A DNA stretch of 58,483 bases from Pyrinomonadaceae bacterium. Lineage in GTDB: Bacteria; Acidobacteriota; Blastocatellia; Pyrinomonadales; Pyrinomonadaceae. Position 1 is the stretch's first letter. The number at the start of each line of letters is the position of its first letter. The notes below the pieces were generated by a model. That model saw nothing but the letters and a program-made list of their open reading frames with translations. It was not told the DNA's origin and ran no database searches. Position numbers and translations under genes: made by a program. Positions 26,301-35,500 of the stretch are shown here, one piece after another. The stretch is from assembly GCA_036566625.1 (NCBI GenBank), contig DATCWB010000576.1, positions 1-58,483 on the forward strand, given 5' to 3'.

Positions 26301-26508
26301 CCTTTGCGCCGACGAAATCGGGATGGCGGATCACTTCCAGGGGGAACCCCGAATCGAGCAACTCCTCTTCCGTAAAGTGTCCGATAGAGTCCACGCCGCT
26401 CCGGAGGTTCCGCCAGAACTTATCCAAATCGGACGCGCCCGGAAATCGTCCCGCCATTCCTATGATCGCGATGTCGTAACTTTCTTCGTGTGAGTTTTCA
26501 GTGCTCAT
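23374..26508 (-). CDS. single-module PKS: KS-AT-T, no reductive domains (1044 aa)
   Basis: Motifs: STACSSS, HGTAT, NIGH (KS); GHSIGE, HAFH (AT); FFDLGGHSL (PCP-type carrier). It starts 11 nt after the upstream stop. Confidence 0.95.
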   Translation of the reverse strand: MSTENSHEESYDIAIIGMAGRFPGASDLDKFWRNLRSGVDSIGHFTEEELLDSGFPLEVIRHPDFVGAKGVLDDADMFDAAFFGISPREAELMDPQHRLLMECAWEALEDAGYDSEKYDGRISVFTSTGLNTYLPFNICSHPGLALKVGGFHLSICNDKDFVATRIAYAMNLKGVGVNISTACSSSLVSLHFACQNLLTHQSDMALVGAVTVHFPQKVGHIYEAGAAYSPDGRCRPFDATPSGLIDGNGVATVVLKRLDDARAAGDTIYAVVKGTAVNNDGREKVGYTAPSIEGQTAVICEALEIAGVDPDTISYVEAHGTATPLGDPIEVEGLTHAFRKSTQRMGYCGLGSVKSNIGHADTAAGLAGLMKIVLGMRHGQLAPSLHFQLPNPKLRLEESPFYVVSQLKEWPRGEHHPRRAGISSFGVGGTNAHAIIEEAPTEQAVAPSRPHQLLMLSARTPSALEDSIRRLANHLRSHPHANLPDVAYTLQLGRRTFNRRAVLSATSVPEAIAALEESKRIRTGVADNAQSIAFMFPGQGSQYPGMARDLYEREQTFREEIDRCAELLEPELGRDLRRILFAEPAEADDAELQQTAVAQPSLFAVEYSLAKLWHSWGIRPAAMIGHSIGEYVAACLAGVFSLPDALKIVAARGRLMQSMQPGVMLAVSLPEDEVRPLVAGLLEIAAVNSQSMCIVSGSVAAAEEFEARLNERNLICKRLYTSHAFHSSMMEPMLKPFQQAMESIRLSPPQIPFISNLTGDWINAQDAVRPAYWSDHLRNTVRFSAGLKTLLAELPYILLEVGPGRVLTGLARQIGAVPQPQCHTTLPHATETVDDQQFLLATLGQLWLSGAPVDWPSYYRDERRRRIPLPTYPFQRQRYWIEPRKPEQTVATRSAVLLAAPQDSPELNDMPIGDDTLPRHERPDLGCEYVAPSNEQETVLAEIWQELLGVSRIGIHDNFFDLGGHSLLATQILARLRQGYGARLELNDLFQNQTIAELSAVWLEQTLEGHDYDELAQLLEGLENMTDEQAESKLSELPPSAGTL
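23500..26478 (-). other. PKS module 6: KS-AT-T (no reduction)
   Basis: KS 25195-26478 (Cys183). AT 23929-24915 (Ser627; HAFH). PCP-type carrier 23500-23715 (Ser966). Confidence 0.85.
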
Positions 26509-26519
26509 GATGAGTTTTG

Positions 26520-29500
26520 TCAGGTGTTGATGCGTTTGCGTTTATTCGCCAGTTTTCGCCAGGACTCTTTTTGCTGTACCACTCGCCGGTGCATTTCAGC
26601 GTCGCCGTTTGGCGGCGGCTCTTCGGAGTGGCCGAGGAACTCTGCGAGTGATCGGATGGTCGGATACTTGAAGAGGTCTAAGACCTGGAATTTGCCGTTG
26701 TTGAGGCTCTCCATGCGACGATACGCTTCGACTGCCAGCAGCGAATTACCGCCCAAGTCAAAGAAGTTGTCATGAACGCCAACCCGGTCGAGGTTGAGAA
26801 CGTTGCGGTGAATTTCGGCTAGAGCCCGTTCCAAGTCGTTTCGCGGCGCAGCGAATTCCGCCGACTGTTCGGGACGTTGGCGATCCGGCGGGGGAAGCGA
26901 CGCACGGTCAACCTTACCGTTCGTCGTCAAGGGCATCCTATCCAGCCTGACGAACGCCGATGGGATCATGTAATCGGGCAGCAGTCGCTTTAATTCATCG
27001 CGGAGCTTGCCAACCGACATCGCATCGCCATCGGCCGGACGAACATAAGCGACGAGGCGCGGGTTGCCGGGTTCATCTTCGCGGAGCACCACGACCGCTT
27101 CGACAATTTCCGGGCGCTGGAGCAATACGGACTCGATCTCCCCCAACTCAATGCGGAAGCCGCGCAACTTGATTTGTCCGTCGGTGCGGCCAAGATATTC
27201 CAGATTACCGTCCGCCAGATAACAAGCGCGGTCACCCGTCTTGTAGAGCCGCTCGCCCGGTAGCCCAAAACCACCCCGGCCTGCAAATGGATCGGGGACG
27301 AAAGATGTCGCGGTCAAGTCAGGCCGCCCCAAATAGCCACGCGCCAGGCCGGCGCCGCCGATGTAGAGTTCGCCCGCAACACCCACGGGCGTGAGTTGCA
27401 AGTGGTCATCGAGCACATAGAGCCGAGTGCCACTGATCGGTCGTCCAATCGGCACCGTATGTTCCGGCGGCTCGCTGAAGTCATGCGCGCAGCAACCCAC
27501 CACCGTTTCCGTGGGGCCATATTCATTAACAATGTGGAGCCGCCCATTTCGCGTCCAGCGATCAAGCGCGCGAGGCGAGATCGCTTCGCCCCCCAGGATG
27601 AGCCGCTGTGTGCCGTAGGCATCGGGTGCGTCGGTGAGGAGACGATTGAGCACGTCCAGGTGGGCGGGCGTGATCTTGATAAACCGGTAATTGGAACCAC
27701 GGCGGAGCGCATCGGCCAGCGCGGTCAACTCTTCGCCTTCGGGCAACAAGTCCACCTGCCCGCCGGCCATCAGAGGCACAAAGAGACTTGTGATCGTGGC
27801 GTCGAACCCGATTGAGCCGACCACAGGTGCAGTACCACCGTCGGGCATGTAGGCGTGCTCTGCCCAAAGCAGGTAGTTGGTCAGGCCGCGATGCGGAATG
27901 ACGACGCCTTTCGGCCGGCCGGTCGAGCCGGATGTGTACATGACATAGGCCGGATGGTCGAGATCGGCCGGGACGTTGGGATTGACTTTCGACTCACGGG
28001 CAAGAGGATCGCCTTCCTGATCGAGACAGAAAACTGCGCCGGGAGTTTTCGGCAGTTCCGCCAACAACTCACGTTGCGTAAGGAGCATCGCGATTTGGGC
28101 GTCGTCTCGTATCTGTTCGAGACGCGACGCTGGATATGCCGGGTCCATGGGGACATAGGCTGCGCCCGTTTTTAGCGTCCCAAGCAAAGCGACAAAAAGA
28201 TCGACTGATCGCCTGACACAGATGCCCACACGCTGTTCCGCACCGACTCCCGACCGGCGCAGGAAATGCGCCAACCGGTTTGCCCGCTCATTCAATTCGC
28301 GATATGAGATTTGAACCCCGTGCGGCGATTTGTCGCTAACCGCGATGGCGTCGGGTCGGCGTTCCGCCTGCGACTCGAAAAGTTGGTGGACGCATTGATC
28401 CACTCTTTGAGATTCCGTGTCGTTCCAGGCACGCAGCCGTTCTTGTCGCATCGCCGCGTCCAGCAACGGAAGCGTATGCAGATCGGCATCGGGATTCTCA
28501 ACGACACTCTCCAGCAGCGTTTTGTAATGAATCAAAAAGCGGTCAATCGTCGCCGCATTGAAGAGATCGGTATTGTAGTCGCATTCCAGAGTGATGCCCT
28601 CGTTGACGAGATTTGCCGTGAGGGTCAAGTCCATGCGGGCAAAGTTGACGTGCCTCTCGTATCGCGCGATCTGCAAGCCTCCCTCTGAAGATTCGCCCGT
28701 CGGCCGCTCAAGGTTGAAGATCGTCGAAATCAACGGGCTGCGGCTAATGTCGCGTTTCAGATTCAGTTTGTTAAGCAGACGCGCAAACGGGTAGTCCTGA
28801 TGTTGATAGGCGTCGAGGAGCGTGCTGCGCACGCGACGCAGGTGCTCGCTAAAAGGCATGCCCGCAGGCGACCCGGTAATGGTACTGACGATGGGAAGCA
28901 GGTGCGCGCAATAGCCGACGAGACTATCACCACCCTCCATTGCCCGGCCGGCGTAAGGGCAGCCGACGACGACCGTTTCCCGGCCGGTGAGTCGGTGAAG
29001 CAGCACCGTGTACACCGCCAGCAGCAGCATGAACGGTGTGTAGCCGCGCGAGCCGGCGAGTTTCGTCAACCGAGTGGTCAGTGTCTTGTCGATTGCCAAC
29101 TGCCGGATCGCGCCGTCGAACGTCTTGACGGCAGGCCGTGGACGGTCTGTTGGCAAATCGGCTGCGGCGGGCAGCTTCTCGAATTGTCGCAGCCAGTAGT
29201 TTTCATGCTCCTTCATCGCGGGCGACGATCTCTGTCCCTCGTGCCACCGAACAAACTCGCGGTACTGGAGCGGAGGTTCCAAGGCCGCCGCCGTGCCGCG
29301 CCGCCGTGCGACGTAACACGCGTCGATCTCATTGATCACGTTCATCATCGACATGCCGTCGGTGAGCAAGTGATGTGATCCCAAAATCAGTACGTGCCGT
29401 TCGGCCGCCACCTTGAGCAGCGTGGCCGTGAAAATTGGACCGTTCACAAAATCGATCAACGTCCGATTGAATTGATCCAGATGCTTACGCACCTCATCCT

Positions 29501-32500
29501 CCGAATCCTCGGCAGCGGAGACATCGAAAATTTGCAACGCCACGGGCGCGGGAGGATGGATGATGAGGCGGTCGCCAATTGGATCGACCGTGGTGCGGAG
29601 TGATTCGTGGCGGGCGACAACCTGATTCAGAGAGGCGGTCAAAGCGTCCGGGTCTATCTCGCCCTCGATAATCAGCACGGCAGGATCGTTGTAAGCTCTG
29701 GCTCCGTCGTCGGACACCTTCGTCAACAGCCAAAGCTGTTGCTGCGCTTCGCTCATCGGAAACGACACCGTACCGGATTGGCCGGAAGGAGCCGCCCAGC
29801 ACTTCCGCAATTCGTTAAGCGGCGGTAGACCACGCAACGCCGATTCGGTGGGAACGCCGAAGTCTACGAAGCACGCAATTTCGTCCACGCCCGCCGCAAT
29901 CAGATTTTCCAAGAGGGGGCGACAAGTGTCGGGCGAACCGATCAGCGCGCTGAACGCGACATATTTGTCGTACGCCTTCTGCACGATGTACTCACGATCT
30001 TCGGCCGACAACCCATCCAGGTCGATTGCCAAACTCTGGCTTTGCGCTAGGCGTTTGAAAAGCGTCATGGACGACAGCAAATAATCACACAGCGGCCGGC
30101 GAGCTTCACGGATGGCCTGCTCGGCATCTTCGCGGACGTACGTATGCAGTAAGACGGTTACATTACCCGCCTGCGGGTCGTGCCCGAATTCGGCGCGCGC
30201 CGCACGGTAGATTGCGATGTTGGCGGTCAACTCCTCAAGGGTTTGTCCCATCAGGTTTGTCAGTACGCCGACGCCCAACTCGCCCGCTTTGCGGTAAGTC
30301 TCCTGGTTGTTTACGATAGTGAGCCAACAGGGTAGTTCTGTCTGCCTGGGCAACGGGTGGAGCTTTAGATCGACATCTTTACCGGTGCCGTCGCGCAGCG
30401 ACAACGGTTCGCCCCTCCAGGCTCGGCGCACGGCCTCCATACCCTCAAACGTGAGTTCGCGCTGCCTGCCATAGCTCTGGGGGGCGAACACAAAATCATT
30501 CGGGTGCCAACCCGAAGCAAATGCGACGCCGACTCGACCGCCGGCCAGATTATCAACCAGCGACCATTCCTCGGCCACGCGCATCGGGTGATGCAGCGGC
30601 ATCACAACGCTACCGGCACGTAGTTGGACGCGTTTCGTTTCCCGGGACAGGGCGGCAGCCAGCACCGAGGGATTAGGCGAGAGGCCGCCGAATTCATGGA
30701 AATGCCGCTCGGGAACCCAGACGGCCTGAAATCCTTCGGCGTCGGCAAAGCGTGCTCCTCCGATCAACAACTCGTATTTGCTTGGAGAATAGGCGGCCTC
30801 GTACGTTCCGAAATATGAGAGGCTAAAAGCGAGCGGCTTGTTAGTACTGCGACGCGCCGTATCGCCGGCTACGGCGACCGCTTCTCCGCGTTGTCCCAGC
30901 TTGGACTTGCCGCGGTTCCAGAATCCCCTCCCGTTTCCGTTGTCTGCCGGGTGACCATTCGAGCCGCCCGTTTGTTTGTCGCTTCGAACCGGCATCCTGC
31001 ACTCGGCGGACACGGGCGTGGTGGGGCGGCCAGTCGGTTCGCGCGGAGGCAGAAATCCCCCTGCGCGCAAGTCCGCGACGCTCTCCTTAACGGCCTGAAC
31101 AACGCGTTCGAGTTCCTCATCTGTGTGCGCGGTTGAAAGAAAACAATTGCGCCACTCCCAGATGTAAATTCCCTTTGCCAGCATGTGGTAAAAAAAGAGT
31201 TCCAGGTTGCCGGAGAACTCGAAACGAAAGAAAGACGAGAAATGCGAGACGCGAATCGGCAATTCTTCACCGGCAAAAAATGTGTTCAGAGTCTCGGCGA
31301 ATTTGTCCGTGCGCTGATTCAGAGTTGTTTGCAGTGACGCCCCCCGGGCTACGAGGTGTCGGAGCACGGCCAGCGACGCAGCCATGGTGATGGGGTGTTG
31401 GCAAAATGTGCCGCCGAAGTAAGTTCGCGCCGCGCCCGGATATGAATTGTCGCCGAATCGCCACATGCCGCCGTCGATTCCGTTCAGAAAACGGGCGCTG
31501 CCGGCGACCGCGCCGATTGGCATGCCGCCGCCCAGGATTTTTCCGTAGGTGGCGATGTCGGCATCAATGCCGAACAGTCCCTGACAACCCGCCGGATGCG
31601 CCCGGAATCCGGTAATCATTTCGTCGAAAATCAACGCCGTTCCGGCTGCTTCGGTAAGCGCGCGCAATTCACGCAGGAAGGAGACGGGTTGAAAGTCAGG
31701 CCGGCGACTCTGCACCGGCTCGACCAACACGGCCGCCAACTCCTGCGCATGATCGCGGAGTATCTCTAACGACTGCGGCGAACCGTATTCCAGCACGAGT
31801 ACGTCACGCGCCACGTTAGCGGGAATACCGGGCGCTACCGGTTCGGAACTCAGATGATCACGTCCCCGCTGCGCCAGCGTGCCGTCCGAGTGACCGTGAT
31901 AGGAGCCCTCGAACAAAGCGATTTTAGAGCGGCCGGTGGCTGCTCGCGCCAAACGCAACGCGGTCATCACGGCCTCGGTTCCCGAGTTGGTAAACACGAC
32001 GCGCTCCGTGCCGGTCAGCTTGAGGAACAGACCGGTGACTTCCTCCATCAGGTCTGACCGCATACCCAGTTGAATTCCGCGCTGAAGCTCGTCGGCGATT
32101 GCCTGACAAACAAAATCGGGACGGCTGCCAAACAGCAATGCCCCGAAACCCATCGTCAAATCGATGTAGGTGTTTCCGTCCACATCCTTGAGCGAGGAAC
32201 CGAGCGCTTCCGCACCGGTGATCGGGTAAAGAATCTCCTTGGTCGAAAAACGAAATCCCACCGTGGCGCGGCTGTCGGCCAGACCGGCGCGGCAAGATTG
32301 AGCGAGCGCTTTAGACCGCTCTGTCCTGCTCGTAAACCGGCGAATGAAATCGTCGAGACTGCTCTGTTGTTGTTCGGTCATCCCGGTCGATTTAGCAGTG
32401 ACCGGATACCTGATGTCCTTGAGCGGTGAAGAGCGAGCCGTGGACACACTCGACGCAACGGTGTCGCCGGCATCATTCGCGCGCGGCGCAAACGGAGTCT

Positions 32501-35500
32501 CCACCGGCGTTGTGACTTCACCGGCAGCCTGGGAGGTTCGGGATGTAATAGCCGGTTGGGATGTAACGGATGCGCGCTGCAACAAATCCAGTTGGCGCGA
32601 CATCAACTCCATCTGAGCTTGAATGATGCGGGGGAGTTCCGAACCGAAGGCGTTGCCGATTGGTTCGGGCGACGCAACCGGCCGAGCGGCCTCCGGCAAA
32701 CTGATGCTTCCCACACTCGGCGCGGGGGGCATGGTTGCCACAGGTGTCGCGGACGCAGAGTTCGACACGGACGGTGTTTGAACGTCGGCCGGGGGCGGCA
32801 CGCGGTCGGCAATAAATTCGGCCAACGACGCGACCGTCGTGATCTCTTCGAAGAACTGCCGGATTTCCAGTTTCACCCGAAACCGTTCATCGATCTGTTT
32901 GACGGCATAGACAAGGATCAGCGAGTCTGCACCCATTTCCAGGAACGGAACGTCAAGGGGCACATTGGCCGGCTGTTCGCGAAGCATTTCGGCAACGAGT
33001 CGGATGATGTCCGTCTTGACGGATTCGCGATGGCCTCGCAGTCTGTCGGCTTCAGATACTATCGGTTCGGTTGACGCTGGCGTCATGATCTCATCTCGCT
33101 CTTTGATCCAATAACGCTTCCGTTGAAAGCGGTAGGTTGGTAAGTGAAGGCGTTGACGAGGAATGGACTCGTCGAGCTTTGCCCAGTTAACCTCAATTCC
33201 ATTGACGTAGGCCACAGCCAGACTCGCCAGCGGCAACTGCCACTCGTCGCCCTTTCCGCTCATCGAAGGCAACCACAGCGAACATGGCTTTATCTGTCCG
33301 GCGAGTTTCGATAACTCCCGGCTCAAGCCGATCTCAATAAACGGCCCATCGCGATCTTCCGTCAGCGAGTTGATGGTTTCGCGCGGATCGGGAACTGCCG
33401 CCTGAAACCGCCGTTGCCAGTAGGCCGCGTCGAACGCGATGCCTTCCGCAAGCGGCCGTCCATCAGGCCAGATCGCAATTTGCGGCGCTCTAAACCTCAC
33501 TCCATGCGCATGTGTCGCGATGTCATCGCGAGAAGACAGCCGCGCACGTTCCCACACCAACCGGAGACCATCCTCCAAATCAAACACGCCTGCGATACAA
33601 GCGGCGCAAAGCTCGCCCAGCCCGCGACCCGAAACGGCGAGCGGGCGAATTCCGAATGATTGCCACAAGGCGGCCAGGGCATACAGCAATGCGAACTGCG
33701 CGGAGAGCCGGTAAGTCGGTTGCCGCAAACGTTCGTCGTCTTCTGCGAACAAGACGGCCGAGATCGTGGCATCCATATCGGAGTGGCGCGCTGCGTCGCA
33801 AGAATCTATGGCCGAGCGGAACACGGCGCTGGTCTCGTACAGTTCGCGCCCGGTTCCCGGGTTCAACTCCTCGGCATCGGAAAATACGAACACTGGACTG
33901 GCGAGATTCGAGGAAGTCTCGCCGGCAAGAAACAATCCCGGCGTCTGTTGGCCGTTGCGAATTCCGGCAAGGCCGACGTGGAGGTCTTCGATACGGGAGG
34001 CACGGATGGCCGCTCGATGTTTGAAATGACTGCGACCGCAATTTGCGGTGTAACAGATATCGGCGATGGCATCGTCCGTCTGCTCCGCTAGGAACTCTTC
34101 ATACCTCGCGGCCAGTTCCGCCAACGCAGTTGGGGTCTTGGCCGAGAGCGTCAGCACATGCGCCCGCCGGTCCCGCTCCGGCGGCGCGACGGATACGGAC
34201 GGCGATTCCTCAAGGATCAAGTGTGCGTTCGAGCCGCTGACGCCGAAAGAACTCAGCGCGGCAAAACGGCGTTTGACGCCCCGCGGCCAATCAACGGGTT
34301 CACGCACCGGCCGTAGATTCATGCCGTCCCAATCGATCTTGGGATTCGGTTGATTGATGTGCAGGGTCGGTGGAATCCGGTCGTTACACATCGCCAGCAC
34401 CAGCTTGATCAGGCCGGTCACTCCGGCCGCCGACTCCAGGTGGCCGATATTCGATTTAACGGAACCGATCCACAGCGGCCGCTCGCGCGCGGCGTCGCGT
34501 CCCAGCACCGCGCCCAACGCGCCGGCCTCAATAGGATCGCCGAGCGCGGTTCCGGTTCCATGCGATTCGACATAATCGATCTCGGCGGGCGCGACGCCGG
34601 CCACCTCCAATGTACGCCGGATCAGAGCCTGCTGAGCAATGCCGTTGGGCACGGAAAATCCGCTGCTCGCGCCGTCCTGATTGATGGCTGTTCCGCGAAT
34701 GAGAGCCAGTATGCGGTCGCCGGCTTGCAACGCATCCGACAGCCTTCTCAGCACGACTATGCCGCAGCCCTCACCGCGTACGTATCCATCGGCTGAGGCG
34801 TCAAACGTCTTGCAGCGTCCGTCCGGAGCGACCATTTGCGCCGCGGCCAATGTGACGTTAGGCCAACTGGCGAGGATCAGGTTGACGCCGCCGGCCAACG
34901 CCATGTCGCATTCACGGTTTCGTAGTGACGAACATGCAAGGTGGATTGTGGTCAGCGACGATGAACAGGCCGTATCAATTGCCATGGACGGTCCCTGCAA
35001 ACCCAGCACGTAGGATACTCGTCCGGCGCAGGCGTTCAGCGCGGCGCCCGTGTTGAAATAGGGATCGTCGGGCAGCTTGTTCTGCTCCAGTTGCAGGCAG
35101 GCGTAGTCGCTCGCAGTGACCCCGACGAACACGCCCGTTAGCGTAGCTTTAAGCGACGACGGCGCAATTCCGGCGTGTTCGAGCGCTTCCCACGCAACTT
35201 CGAGCAGCAATCGCTGCTGCGGATCGACGGTCGCCGCCTCCCGCGCAGAGATGCCGAAGAACGCCGCGTCGAATGATTCCACGTTGTCCAGAAAGCCGCC
35301 GCGGCGGCTGTAAACTTTGCCCGGCATACCCGGCCGTGGATCGTAAAGCGCGTCTACATTCCAACGTTCGCGAGGCACTTCCGTGATCGCATCACGTCCC
35401 TGAGACAGCAATTCCCAAAAGGCGGCGGGGCTATCAGCCGCAGGCAAACGGCAACCCAGCCCAACGACGGCGATTGGCTCGGAGCGGGTAGCCCGTGCAG

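Noticed and set aside
34203-35480. Non-elongating KS0 as an explanation for the dead AT in module 4.
   Set aside because: The Cys211, HGTGT and NIGH motifs are all intact, and the downstream aminotransferase needs a new beta-keto group. Trans-loading of the ACP is the more economical explanation.
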